From: an uncultured delta proteobacterium
GTDB lineage: Bacteria > Bdellovibrionota > FAC87 > UBA2466
NCBI GenBank assembly: GCA_963778115.1
Contig: CAVZSV010000004.1
Span: 1,056,001-1,120,000, forward strand
Direction of reading: 5' to 3'
DNA: 64,000 bases
Below, piece after piece: positions 10,335 through 20,242 of the stretch. Position numbers and translations under genes: made by a program. Under the pieces are notes generated by a model. That model saw nothing but the letters and a program-made list of their open reading frames with translations. It did not search any database and was not told the origin of the DNA. How positions within the stretch are numbered: the stretch's first letter is position 1; every line of letters begins with the position of its first letter.

Positions 10335-11500
10335 TTCAATTTTTCTGCCAAACGAAGTTCGAGACTCGCCAAGTAAGCTCTCTGCCCTTTTATGAATTCA
10401 GCCGAGCCATCGGACTTAGCAAGAAACTCAATTCTAATTCTCTGGTACTGAACGGCTCTTTCCCAATCTTCTAAATCGACCAGATATTGAATTAAGGCGG
10501 GATGAGCCCGAGCCTCATCGGACTGAAGGGAGGACAGCTGCAAGAGTCGCTTTCCCAGTTTTTTCTTCAACACCTCGTTACTCTGCTTCGGCGGATGGTC
10601 CTTATCGTAAAAGACACTTAAGAGCAGATCTAATCCAAAAGGATTATCCCATTGCTCGATGGCACACCGATCGATCAAAGCATAAGCTTCAGAATACCGC
10701 CCTAATTGAAACATCAGGAGTCGAATTTTTTCTGGCGTTCGCCACAATCTCATCTCCGGATAAACATCTAAGATCTGATCATAGAATCGAAGGGCGTCCT
10801 CCCACCGCTTGCCTTCGCTAGCCGCATGGTATTGTGAAGCGAGTTCATCCATCCTCTCTTGTTGAAGTCTGCGACGAGCGATCGCTTGAACCATCGATGC
10901 CGGATCCCAAGAACCCGCGAGAATTTGCGGAATCGCCTCTTCGAGCTGAACCGGATGGCCAATGAAAACGATTTTCCCCTTTTGCACCACGAAGGCCGTA
11001 GGAATGCCCCTTTGATCGGCGGCCGTCATCCATGCCGCTTTCGCAGCCCCCGTCCCCTCGAACGCAATCCGATAGCCGATCTCATCCCACTTCTTTTCCA
11101 GAAATGTGTTTAACGACGCTAGTTTCGCTTCCGTGGTCGCTCCCATTTCGTGCGCTGCAACCCCAATCACTACGACACCACTGTTTTGGTATCGTTTCTG
11201 AAGTTCCGTCAGTTTTGGAATGCTATCCACACAAGGGCCACAGAGGGTTCCCCAAAATTCGACGATGTAAAGAGTGTTTGGCTCAAAGGCGAATATCGGA
11301 TCCCCCTTCCACCAACGCTCGGAAGCTAGTTTCGGGGCATCATCTGCGATGTTAAGTGTGGCCCCCCCGTAACAAAGGGGATCTCCCAAAAGCCAGAGAC
11401 AAAAAAAGAGCCGCTGAATCCCTTTGGACCTTTTCGAGATGAGGCACCTCCATTCCCTTTTCGTGCCCGAGAAGCTATCCAAAGTTTGTGAGGTAGGCAC
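10277..11500 (-). CDS. TlpA-like thioredoxin with C-terminal TPR-like helices
   Basis: IVEFWGTLCGPC (CxxC), GIPTAFVV, FIGHP. Start uncertain. Confidence 0.85.
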   Translation of the reverse strand: MPTSQTLDSFSGTKREWRCLISKRSKGIQRLFFCLWLLGDPLCYGGATLNIADDAPKLASERWWKGDPIFAFEPNTLYIVEFWGTLCGPCVDSIPKLTELQKRYQNSGVVVIGVAAHEMGATTEAKLASLNTFLEKKWDEIGYRIAFEGTGAAKAAWMTAADQRGIPTAFVVQKGKIVFIGHPVQLEEAIPQILAGSWDPASMVQAIARRRLQQERMDELASQYHAASEGKRWEDALRFYDQILDVYPEMRLWRTPEKIRLLMFQLGRYSEAYALIDRCAIEQWDNPFGLDLLLSVFYDKDHPPKQSNEVLKKKLGKRLLQLSSLQSDEARAHPALIQYLVDLEDWERAVQYQRIRIEFLAKSDGSAEFIKGQRAYLASLELRLAEKLNCGKGVEGEGKAKKEIPES

Positions 11501-11612
11501 GACACAGATTCTTACGATTACGATAGAATCGCGATTGACTCAAATGGTCATCCCTTATATCCGAGTAGAAACACCCGAGTGGGTCGGGCTTTTTAAAATA
11601 TATGGGGGGGAT

Positions 11613-11933
11613 ATGAGTAAACTATCATTCCACAGATCTAACTTTTTCTTGGCCTTAGCGATCTTTCTAGCTATCGCTTCCTTTTCTAGCTTTGCCGATC
11701 AGACAACGTGCTCAACGTCGTCTCGAGGCACGTCCAGTGTTAGCGCCCAACAGCAGGATGACACTTTGATTACGGCCACTAACGGCAACATCGATGAAAC
11801 CGATCGTACCGCCGATCGCAGTTGCAGCTGTCAGCCTCCTAACGGAGAGTGCTCGGTCTCCTGCGGCGTTTTTGAAGATGCCGTTTGTGGATGTGGTGCC
11901 GTTTCCACCTGTTCTTGTGTCAGGCGTTTTTAG
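11613..11933 (+). CDS. small secreted Cys-rich protein
   Basis: G-rich RBS, signal peptide, C-terminal CSC...CSVSC...AVCGC...CSC. Confidence 0.7.
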   Translation: MSKLSFHRSNFFLALAIFLAIASFSSFADQTTCSTSSRGTSSVSAQQQDDTLITATNGNIDETDRTADRSCSCQPPNGECSVSCGVFEDAVCGCGAVSTCSCVRRF

Positions 11934-11948
11934 TTAGAATCAGTCATA

Positions 11949-11986
11949 AGCCCCACTCTGCGGATGCATTTTCGCAGAGTGGGGCT
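11949..11986. terminator. hairpin between convergent genes, probable bidirectional terminator
   Basis: 14-bp perfect inverted repeat AGCCCCACTCTGCG / CGCAGAGTGGGGCT. Confidence 0.6.
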
Positions 11987-12003
11987 CTGATTCAAACAGT
12001 CCT

Positions 12004-13191
12004 TTAGGACTGGGACCTGAACAAGAGCTCGCCTATGTACTCGCCCTTCTTAGGGGCTGGGGGACACGCGAAGATGCCGCTTCCCACATGAGTGGCAAAT
12101 TGGTTAAGCGCATCGAACTTCGCCATCCTTTCAAAGATCCGAATAAATCCCGAACGGGGATCCGATTGGTAAGCCACGAAAAAAAGGCCAGCGTCATATT
12201 CCATCCCCTGCTTCCAAGGCGGCCATCGTTCGGCCGTGAAATCAACGCCATCGTTATAGGAGTATCCTCGTCGAAGAATCTGAGCCCCTCCGTTTTCAGC
12301 CGCTGAGGCTAATCGGACATGAGCGTTTTCAGCGATAACGGGATTTCCCTCGGAATCCATTCGTTTTAGATCCAAATCGTCATGCTCGTGTTTTTTTCCT
12401 AGCGGAGCTCCTGAGTATTTGTACCGTCCCATCACCTCTTCTTGAAAACCTACTTCCGAGCCATCCCAGTGCTCTAAAGCCACCCGAATCCGTCGCACGA
12501 CTTGGTAGCTACCCCCGCGCATCCACTCGGGCCCTTTGGGTCCCACCCAGACAAACTGGTCTCTCTCACTTTCTTTGGGCTGCTGTGTCCCGTCTTTAAA
12601 GCCCATAAGATTTCTGGGAGTGGTCTTGGCATCTGCACTTGCAACAAAGCCAGTCTGCGCCCAGCGGATCTGAGCGACATCGGTAGCCAGTCGCGCGAGT
12701 TGGCGAACCGCATGAAAAGCCACTTGAGGATCGTCAGCACAAGCCTGTACGGAAATGTCACCACCGGTCTTGCCTTCCACCAGCTGGTCTCCATTAAATT
12801 TTGGTAAATCGACCAGGGCTTCGGGACGAAGGTGTGATAGCCCATAGCGATCAACCCCATTCTTAGTAAAGACACCAGGTCCAAAACCGAACGTTAAGGT
12901 GAGCTTTGCCGCGGGAAGTTCTAAAGCTTCCCCGCTGTCGAGAGAAGCTGGCTTTCCCTGCATCATCTTCTGAGAAGCGTCGGTCCATGCTTTCAGAGCA
13001 CTAATTACCTGCTCACGCTTAGAGGAGATAAGATCAAACACAGCAAAATACATATAGCGTTGCTGGGGTGTTTCAATTCCCGCTTGGTGAACTCCTCGAA
13101 AGGAGATAACGGAGCTTTCATTTGGCGCAATCGCGGCCCACGCCGAAGTTCGTATTAATAATGAGAAAGCCAAAGCAATTTTTAGTTTCAT
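12004..13191 (-). CDS. DyP-type peroxidase / deferrochelatase (EfeB-like)
   Basis: HQAGIETPQQ, LTLTFGFG, GGDISVQACADDP, RNLMGFKDGT, GGSYQVVRRI, HVRLA, ILRRGYSY. Confidence 0.9.
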   Translation of the reverse strand: MKLKIALAFSLLIRTSAWAAIAPNESSVISFRGVHQAGIETPQQRYMYFAVFDLISSKREQVISALKAWTDASQKMMQGKPASLDSGEALELPAAKLTLTFGFGPGVFTKNGVDRYGLSHLRPEALVDLPKFNGDQLVEGKTGGDISVQACADDPQVAFHAVRQLARLATDVAQIRWAQTGFVASADAKTTPRNLMGFKDGTQQPKESERDQFVWVGPKGPEWMRGGSYQVVRRIRVALEHWDGSEVGFQEEVMGRYKYSGAPLGKKHEHDDLDLKRMDSEGNPVIAENAHVRLASAAENGGAQILRRGYSYNDGVDFTAERWPPWKQGMEYDAGLFFVAYQSDPRSGFIRIFERMAKFDALNQFATHVGSGIFACPPAPKKGEYIGELLFRSQS

Positions 13192-14357
13192 TGCGCCAAT
13201 ACGACGGTGTTCATGTCGTCCTCCACATAATAAAAGCCATCTCCATTAGGAGTCATTGCGATGCCAAAGAGATCTCCGTTCCCGGGCGGGGTCTGTGCTC
13301 TATCCGTATCAATCCACTGGGCATAAATTTGATTTCCCGTAAGCGGATCTAATTCTACGACCTGTCCATTTCTTCCACTAATGACAAGCAAGTGCCCATT
13401 GGGAGCCATCACCATGGCGAGCGGTCGATGCAAAAGACCGTCCTTGGTTATGACCTTGAAGGGATTGCTAACCGCGCTCTCTCTGGTCGGAGCGTCGGGA
13501 ATGGAGATAATACGATTATTAAGCGCATCAGAGACGTAGAGGGTCTTATGGTCCTGTCCTAATGCCAGCCCCGTCGGGCCAATGACAAACACATCTCTTG
13601 CGGCTCTTTCCGATAGACCAGTCGCGATTACCGTTTGCCCTTTCACCTCGGGGGGTTTTCCCTCGGAAATTTTGAGATCGATTCTTAAAACGGTCGCTTT
13701 ATCGATGACGGTCCAGTTCGGATCGGGAGCTCCCACTCCAAAGCCCGTGTTACTAACGAAAAGAGAGGCTTTCGTCCCTTCATCGATAACGGCCATGTTT
13801 CCCCATGGATCATTAATATGAGGGCCTGCAATGACACTGGCGATTTTCCCTTCGGCGTCCAGCACGATAAGACACCCCTCTCCTTTGGTCGACGTGGTTC
13901 CGTCGTGACTTGGGGTACTGCCAACGATGACCCACCCGCTCTTTAACATTGTCATCGCGGTGGAAAGGCCTATTCCCCCGGGACAGCTCTCTACGGTTTT
14001 TGGTAATTGGGCGAAGGTTGAAGTCTGTTTCGTAGTGGGGTTGTAATCCACTATCGTGGTTCCGGTCCCTTGCAGATTATTTGAGTTATTGAAATTATCG
14101 ACGAGCACATCACCTTGATGAATCTTTCCCGACGAAACAGGGGCTACCATAATAGCGTAGGGATTTTGGTCCCCATTATCAGGTACGGTCGAAGTAACGA
14201 ATTGATGGTGATGTAACCTTTCTAGAAATCCCCCCTCTTGAGCTGACCGGGCTTCTTCGACACTCATCAATAAAGCAGTTACCACGAACATGGGGTACAG
14301 TATTTTTAATGCCTCCATCGTTTCTCCTCTAAAGAATAAAGTTGGTCCGCACCCCAA
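13188..14357 (-). CDS. exported NHL/beta-propeller-like protein
   Basis: DQNPYAI, VIGPTGLAL, LYVSDALNNRI, LFGIAMTP; coupled to both neighbours. True start probably MEALK. Confidence 0.7.
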   Translation of the reverse strand: MGCGPTLFFRGETMEALKILYPMFVVTALLMSVEEARSAQEGGFLERLHHHQFVTSTVPDNGDQNPYAIMVAPVSSGKIHQGDVLVDNFNNSNNLQGTGTTIVDYNPTTKQTSTFAQLPKTVESCPGGIGLSTAMTMLKSGWVIVGSTPSHDGTTSTKGEGCLIVLDAEGKIASVIAGPHINDPWGNMAVIDEGTKASLFVSNTGFGVGAPDPNWTVIDKATVLRIDLKISEGKPPEVKGQTVIATGLSERAARDVFVIGPTGLALGQDHKTLYVSDALNNRIISIPDAPTRESAVSNPFKVITKDGLLHRPLAMVMAPNGHLLVISGRNGQVVELDPLTGNQIYAQWIDTDRAQTPPGNGDLFGIAMTPNGDGFYYVEDDMNTVVLAQ

Positions 14358-15846
14358 CTACCAGCTCGTTCGCTATAGTTTGGCCTCTAGCGAGATTATT
14401 GGGATTTAAAATGCCCCCTCCGGGATTAAAGACCCATTGGACATCGGGTTGGATCTGCCACCAAGGGACAATCTGGTACTGGTAGGTAAGCTCTAAATAG
14501 GTTTCGGCAGTTCGCAGAGGAATTGCCATACTCGTATAGAAAGCGGAATCCTGATCCAATGCCACGGCCCTGCTGCTGATATTGGCGCGGCCAAATCCAA
14601 TTCCCGCCACATCATTTTCTCGATGCTCAAAAGGCTCTCTCCACGTAATTCCGGCATTGATACTGTAAGTCACCAAGTTCGAATCCGCGGGAGCCACCAT
14701 GCCGCGGAAAAACACCCCAATCCCTTCTTCGCTCTGTGGGCTTTCTCGCCATAGGAGCTGGTCGACGACGGCGTAAAGACTGTAGTTGCCTCGATGTAAT
14801 TGCGGACTCCCGTTGCTCGCGGGATTGGCGAGAGAAAGCCCGTCGCTTCCATATCGCTCGTCCGCAAAACTTCCAAAATCATACCAACCGCCGATCTTAT
14901 AGGTCGCCGGCAGAATACTGCTCTTTCCCGCATACTCGAGTTCTCCCAACGCCGGCCTTGAGTATTGGACTTCGGCAATGACGAGAGGCGAATCGCTCAA
15001 CCGAAAATTGGTCCCATTTGCATTGAGCGACTGCGGATCCTCATGAGAGCCGGGAGAAATTCCAGAAGGATTATCGTCAAAGACCCCCGCTAGAAAGGTC
15101 CAAGGACCCGAAGACGGATTAGCCCTAAGGCGCGCTCCTAGCGATGCTAAGGGATAGGCCGGTCCACCCGAAAGCAGATCGGCTGAGGGTAGCATCGGCC
15201 AACCGAACATGGTATTGATGAAAAGGCCCGCGTATTGGCTCACCATAAACTCTTGATCGAGACTCTGGTTTCCTATCTTGATGTCCCACTGATTATAAAA
15301 AAACGACTGCTGGTACCACAGTTCCCATAGACGAAAGCCCGAATCGGCTTCGATTCCGCTTGAGGTTTGAAGGGTTGCTAAGTGGGTCGCGCTTAAATTG
15401 CTTCCGTGCACCCATAAGGTACTGACGTTCAAAAGACCTCCATCAATTCGCAGAGCCTTTCGAGTGTTTAGCTGGAGATCTATCGTGGTTAATCCATCGT
15501 AAGCGGCCCCTTGTCGAATACCGCCGGTAGCATTACCAAGGACCTCACTTGTCTCTTGCAGATTTAACGAAATTCCATAACGACCCAACCACGAACGGAT
15601 GCCTAAGGGATCCCCCAATAAACTGCTCCGCTGCCAGATTCCTCCCATGGGCCCTTCGCCTATGATTTGCCCCAGCGAAGAGCCGGGGCGATTACCGGCC
15701 GATCGGTAATTGACTTGCCATTCCGTGGGAGAATTAGAGCTAGCAGCGTCGCCCGTTGAAGCGGAGGAATCCGCCAGAGAACGCGCGCACCACCCCCCCA
15801 TTACAAAGTACAGCAGCAACAGACTGGTAAGAGCCAAACGCGCCAT
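14329..15846 (-). CDS. OprB-family carbohydrate-selective porin
   Basis: LLGDPLGIRSWL, GNATGG, RLWELWYQQ, QPDVQWVFNPGG, terminal beta strand. Confidence 0.9.
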   Translation of the reverse strand: MARLALTSLLLLYFVMGGWCARSLADSSASTGDAASSNSPTEWQVNYRSAGNRPGSSLGQIIGEGPMGGIWQRSSLLGDPLGIRSWLGRYGISLNLQETSEVLGNATGGIRQGAAYDGLTTIDLQLNTRKALRIDGGLLNVSTLWVHGSNLSATHLATLQTSSGIEADSGFRLWELWYQQSFFYNQWDIKIGNQSLDQEFMVSQYAGLFINTMFGWPMLPSADLLSGGPAYPLASLGARLRANPSSGPWTFLAGVFDDNPSGISPGSHEDPQSLNANGTNFRLSDSPLVIAEVQYSRPALGELEYAGKSSILPATYKIGGWYDFGSFADERYGSDGLSLANPASNGSPQLHRGNYSLYAVVDQLLWRESPQSEEGIGVFFRGMVAPADSNLVTYSINAGITWREPFEHRENDVAGIGFGRANISSRAVALDQDSAFYTSMAIPLRTAETYLELTYQYQIVPWWQIQPDVQWVFNPGGGILNPNNLARGQTIANELVVGVRTNFIL

Positions 15847-15874
15847 CGGATCCCCATGCCCTACTTTACTCTTG

Positions 15875-15893
15875 ATTCAGATTATATCTGAAT
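15875..15893. promoter_or_regulatory. palindromic operator upstream of the OprB-NHL-DyP operon
   Basis: ATTCAGAT-TAT-ATCTGAAT (8-3-8 inverted repeat), followed by AGACTTAGTCT at 15895-15905. Confidence 0.5.
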
Positions 15894-16044
15894 AAGACTT
15901 AGTCTGAACTACTAAATACCCCGGCAAAGCGCAAACACACCGCGCTATGGCTATTGCGAAAGCTAGCCCTCTGGCCGTAATAGCGACTTCGTATTAAGAT
16001 AGAAAGATACGTGGGCGCTAGAACCCGCAACGAGGAGAAACCCA

Positions 16045-16221
16045 ATGTGTGCTGCCTGTGTGGAATATATTAAGGACAAGTTGACCGAAGCTGAATTCAA
16101 ATCGGCTTTAAAAGAGATCACTCGTGAAGATAAAGCGCATGCAACCGAAGTAGAACAGCTAGTCCAAAAGCACGCGGGCAAGCCAGAAGAGTTAAAAAAG
16201 CAGCTCCGCGACCTTTCTTAG
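16045..16221 (+). CDS. 58-aa small protein with N-terminal CxxC
   Basis: Absent from the ORF track (below 60 aa). GAGGAG RBS; MCAACVEYIKDKLTEAEFKSALKEITREDKAHATEVEQLVQKHAGKPEELKKQLRDLS. Confidence 0.7.
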   Translation: MCAACVEYIKDKLTEAEFKSALKEITREDKAHATEVEQLVQKHAGKPEELKKQLRDLS

Positions 16222-16239
16222 CTATTCCTGCGCGAATAG

Positions 16240-16887
16240 TTAACTAGCGATCCGCCACTCACGATTCGAAGTGCCGTTGGATTTAAAATCCTGCCAGCGG
16301 GCTTCCACTTCTCGCCAATTCACGACATTCCAAAAAGCATCGATATACTCCGGACGACGGTTTTGGCATTTCAGATAGTAAGCGTGCTCCCACAGATCGA
16401 GGACCAGAAGAGGAGTCATTCCACGTTGTAGCGGATTTTCATGATCGGGAGCTGAAAAGAGTTTCATCTGTCCCTCTTCGTCCGCGCAGAGCCACGCCCA
16501 CCCATTTGAAAAATGCTCTGCTGCCACTTCAGTAAACTTCTCCTGGAACTGTGAAAAATGGCCAAAGGTCTCATCCAATACCTTCTTGATCTCCCCCATC
16601 GGCTTCTTGTCCGACTTGGGGCTTAATAGCGTCCAGAAAAGCGTATGGTTCGCATGCCCTCCCCCATTATGAAGAACCGCGGTTTGAATCTCTTTAGGAA
16701 GGCTATCGACCGACGCCAACAATTCCTCCACCGGTAATTTCTGATGCGGATATTTTTTCATCGCTTGATTTAATTTATCGACATATGTCTCGTGATGCCC
16801 ATCATGATGAACGTGCATTGTTTTTTCATCGATATAGGGAACTAAAGCGTCGTAAGCAAAGGGAAGCGGGGGGAGCACATAATCCAT
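16240..16887 (-). CDS. sodA: Fe/Mn superoxide dismutase (Mn-type signature)
   Basis: LPPLPFAYDAL, HHDGHH, NGGGHANH, DLWEHAYY. Confidence 0.9.
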   Translation of the reverse strand: MDYVLPPLPFAYDALVPYIDEKTMHVHHDGHHETYVDKLNQAMKKYPHQKLPVEELLASVDSLPKEIQTAVLHNGGGHANHTLFWTLLSPKSDKKPMGEIKKVLDETFGHFSQFQEKFTEVAAEHFSNGWAWLCADEEGQMKLFSAPDHENPLQRGMTPLLVLDLWEHAYYLKCQNRRPEYIDAFWNVVNWREVEARWQDFKSNGTSNREWRIAS

Positions 16888-16899
16888 TGGGATTCTCCT

Positions 16900-18006
16900 T
16901 TAAGCGGCTGAGGGTGCCTTAACGTGCACCAGTTTGGGTTGTTTCACTGCAGGGAACTTTCTCTCCAGTGATCGGTCGGGGCCATCTTTGCTAACGAGAT
17001 CGCTTAACTTCACAGCTCTTCGCTGAAGTGCCGATTGATAAATGGCCTCGATAATACTCATATCGTTTCTTCCCTCCAGACCAGATGGCTCCGGATCCTT
17101 TCGGGTGAGAATACACTCGGAAAAGTAAGTGAGTTCAGGGGCAAATTGATCTCGTTTCTTGAAAACTTCGTGTTTGGTCTTTTCGCCTTGGGTTAGAAAA
17201 TATTCTATCCCTTTGGTTTCATCGTAGGCGGGTTCCAAACGAATCGTTCCTTTGGAGCCCATCAACGAAAAGAAGGAATTATCGGCGGCCCCGAAGCTAC
17301 AGCTGAATGAGGCCAAACGGTTTTCAGGGAAAATTAACAAAGCGCTCACCATCTCTTCGACTTCTTGAAACCGGTCGTCTTTGGGATCCGCTTCCGTAAA
17401 AGCCACTACTTCAATGGGCTCGGACTGGAAGAGGTACCTACTGGCGTTGATGCAGTAAATTCCCAAATCCAAAAGGGAACCGCCGCCTGCTTTGAGTCTC
17501 ACGTTGTCCTTTGCCACCTGCATCGAAAAAACTGAATCAAAGATTCTTGGATTGCCGATCTTTCCGGACTTTACATCCTCTATCACCTTGAGGTTAGCCG
17601 GATCAAAATGCAGTCGATAGGCGATCATGAGCCTACTTCCGCCCGACTTGCACGCCTCAATCATCTGGTCGCACTCTTCAGTAGTAACCGCCATCGGCTT
17701 TTCACATAAAACGTGAATCCCGTTTTGGGCTGCCGGGAGCGTATGTTCTAAGTGCATATGATTAGGAGAAGCAATATAGACGGCATCTAATAGACCCGAT
17801 TGAAGATAACTCTCGTAATCTTCATAAGGCAGAGTCTCGACTCGATACTCTCTGGCGAGCTTGTCTCTTTTTTTGGAATCCCCAGAGAATATAGCGACGA
17901 GCTCGGAATTTTCTCCCGCGTGCCGAAACGCGGGTATTACCGACGTCTGTGCAATCCAACCCGCACCGACGACGCCGTATCGAATCTTATTCTTGTCTTT
18001 GTTCAT
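16900..18006 (-). CDS. Gfo/Idh/MocA family oxidoreductase (glucose-fructose oxidoreductase-like)
   Basis: YGVVGAGWIA, HVLCEKPMA, IAYRLHF, GGSLLDLGIYC. Confidence 0.9.
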   Translation of the reverse strand: MNKDKNKIRYGVVGAGWIAQTSVIPAFRHAGENSELVAIFSGDSKKRDKLAREYRVETLPYEDYESYLQSGLLDAVYIASPNHMHLEHTLPAAQNGIHVLCEKPMAVTTEECDQMIEACKSGGSRLMIAYRLHFDPANLKVIEDVKSGKIGNPRIFDSVFSMQVAKDNVRLKAGGGSLLDLGIYCINASRYLFQSEPIEVVAFTEADPKDDRFQEVEEMVSALLIFPENRLASFSCSFGAADNSFFSLMGSKGTIRLEPAYDETKGIEYFLTQGEKTKHEVFKKRDQFAPELTYFSECILTRKDPEPSGLEGRNDMSIIEAIYQSALQRRAVKLSDLVSKDGPDRSLERKFPAVKQPKLVHVKAPSAA

Positions 18007-18169
18007 AAGCCTAAATCACCCCTCAAAATGCCCTCGGCGCTCTTGCAGCCTTTACAGCAACTCCGACCCGAGGGCTTTAAGAAGGATCGGAAATACTGGC
18101 TAGCACAAGCATCACTTTTCGGGTGATGCCTCTTCTAATTCTGCCGTTCGCCTTCTGTCCGGTAATTAT

Positions 18170-18185
18170 TGCAGATCGCATGCCG
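18170..18185 (-). promoter_or_regulatory. sigma54-like promoter for gfo-sod
   Basis: Minus strand reads CGGCATGCGATCTGCA (GG-N10-GC). Confidence 0.45.
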
Positions 18186-18474
18186 ATTTATTTACCCACA
18201 ACGCTTTGCGATGGCGTTGCGGGACACTACGTTTTGCATCTCGTTCTCTTTGAGGAGAGTAGCAAATTTGCGCGCCCATGCTTGAAAAGCCTTTAGGCAT
18301 CGCCTACCGTTTTCTTCTTTGGGATCTATGTGGGCCAACACGTCTTCAATACTAGAGTCGTCTGCTGCTCAGAAGACCTGTTTGGAGATCGAGCCGGACG
18401 CTAAGAGCGTTAGCAATCCAGTACCTTCGTGCTACGGCATGAATTAGCTCCCGCCCCCAGACTTCGGAAATTTC

Positions 18475-18780
18475 TTAGGGAGTCTTCGTGCAGGTGCAAG
18501 ACGACTGAGTCGAGTTACCATTAGCATCACAGCCTGCCTCCACACAGACCGGGGCCATCGTCGCGGGGCAGGTGATGCTGCAACCGGAGTCGATCGAAGA
18601 ACCACTGTTTGAACAAGAATAACTCAGACCAGGAATCTTGCATCCCGGCAGAGAATCATCTTGCTGTAAATTTGAACTTTGCGCGGCGGTATATACCGGT
18701 AGTTCGCTACCGAAAGACAAAGCCGATATTGTCACGACAAGAATAGCAGCCATCGAAAAATACCTACGAAACGTTTCCAT
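18475..18780 (-). CDS. small secreted Cys-rich protein
   Basis: Signal peptide, 8 Cys including CSITC...VC...C...CTC. Confidence 0.7.
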   Translation of the reverse strand: METFRRYFSMAAILVVTISALSFGSELPVYTAAQSSNLQQDDSLPGCKIPGLSYSCSNSGSSIDSGCSITCPATMAPVCVEAGCDANGNSTQSSCTCTKTP

Positions 18781-18828
18781 TTTTTTAATCCCCCTACATT
18801 GAAATCAATCCAACCACTCGTAGACAGA

Positions 18829-18844
18829 TGCACAACACAAGCCA
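18829..18844 (-). promoter_or_regulatory. sigma54-like promoter
   Basis: Minus strand reads TGGCTTGTGTTGTGCA (GG-N10-GC), about 50 bp upstream of ATG 18780. Confidence 0.45.
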
Positions 18845-18996
18845 TTCGTATCAAGCGTATCCGAGCGAAACTCTGTTAGATTTACGGGGAAACTTTACTC
18901 ACCGGTAGCAAAGCGACACCGCCGGAAAAGGCGGATGACACCGCGTTGGGCATCTGCTATATGACGCGTAGTGTTACTCTAGCAAAAGGGGTGGTT

Positions 18997-20226
18997 ATGA
19001 ACGGTGAGTGGAACTCGAGAAACTCTTCCAATGTCGGTACTAAGCGCCTGAATGACCGGAAGTGGAAGACATTATTCTGTCTCCTCTCTTTTTCCCTTCT
19101 CTGCGTTCCTCTACCAGCGGTACCGGATAATCCAGCTGATGATGCCGATCTAAAAGACAATTTGGATTTTCTTCAGAAAGATGCCCAACAAATGGTGGAG
19201 TCGAAGTTCGATCAACTGGGTAAACCCGCTGATCGGGATTTTCATTCCCGTGGGGTGTGTCTCAAAGGTACTTTCGAGACATTCCCGGAAAACGTCCCGG
19301 CTGAAACCGCGGCCCAAGTCCCCTTCTTTTCGACTAAAGGTAAGTATGCGATGTACGGCCGATTCTCTAACGGCTTTCCGGGACGCGATTCCAACGATCA
19401 CATTCCCAGTGTCTTTGGATTCGGAGTCAAAGTGATCGGAGTGCCGGGCAAGAAGTTTGATATGCAAAGTCTAGGATCCACCAAACCCGTCAATAATAAC
19501 CAAGATTGGAACATGGCCACCGGCGCGACCTTCGCTATTCCTACGGCGGCTCTCTATCGAGAATTTCGTGAAAGGGGACTAGAAAAGTTCGCCCTTAGCC
19601 ATCCTGAGATCGCCTGGGATGTGGGAAAGGGACTTATTCATATCGATGCGTTTCAAACGATCTCCTATCACAGCCAGGTCGCGCTTCACTTTGGAGAAGA
19701 TTATGTCGCTAAATTTTCGGCAGGCCCTTGCGATCAGGTCGATAAAAAGATTGGCCTAATTAAGGCGGAACTTCGCACCAAGACCTATACTACCGATAAT
19801 CTGGTACAGGACATTAAGACTAAAGGGTTTAGCTTCTGCTTTTGGGCGCAAGTTCGACCGGCTGACGAAAAGCTGCCCGAGGACAAAGCGGCCTGGGCGA
19901 CGAAGTATCCTAGAGACAATCCCTCGATACTCTGGCCGGAAAAGGTGATCCCTTCCGTCAAAATAGCGGAGATTACCTTCCGAGCTCAACCCGACGCCGA
20001 AAAATTCGAAAAGCTGCAAGAGCTGTGTAAAACGAGACTGTCTTTCAATCCGGGAAACACGTTGCAACAGCTTCGCCCCATTGAGAGTGATACTCTTATG
20101 CGATCCCGTTTTCTTGCAGCCTACGAAGGAAGTGTTACCAAGAGGACTTCTTTGAATCATCTCCCCGCCCAATGGGAGCCTGAGCCCGTCGCTCCGGAAA
20201 TGCTCGAAAAATGGCTCAACGAATAG
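18997..20226 (+). CDS. exported catalase-like heme protein (catalase-related family)
   Basis: RDFHSRG (distal His), GRFSNG, GFGVKV, QDW, LSFNPGN, R...Y proximal region. Confidence 0.75.
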   Translation: MNGEWNSRNSSNVGTKRLNDRKWKTLFCLLSFSLLCVPLPAVPDNPADDADLKDNLDFLQKDAQQMVESKFDQLGKPADRDFHSRGVCLKGTFETFPENVPAETAAQVPFFSTKGKYAMYGRFSNGFPGRDSNDHIPSVFGFGVKVIGVPGKKFDMQSLGSTKPVNNNQDWNMATGATFAIPTAALYREFRERGLEKFALSHPEIAWDVGKGLIHIDAFQTISYHSQVALHFGEDYVAKFSAGPCDQVDKKIGLIKAELRTKTYTTDNLVQDIKTKGFSFCFWAQVRPADEKLPEDKAAWATKYPRDNPSILWPEKVIPSVKIAEITFRAQPDAEKFEKLQELCKTRLSFNPGNTLQQLRPIESDTLMRSRFLAAYEGSVTKRTSLNHLPAQWEPEPVAPEMLEKWLNE

Positions 20227-20242
20227 TAGTAAGGGCCCTCTC

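Noticed and set aside
9669..10376. 235-aa Arg-rich plus-strand ORF
   Set aside because: Antisense shadow of the Pro/Glu-rich gene.
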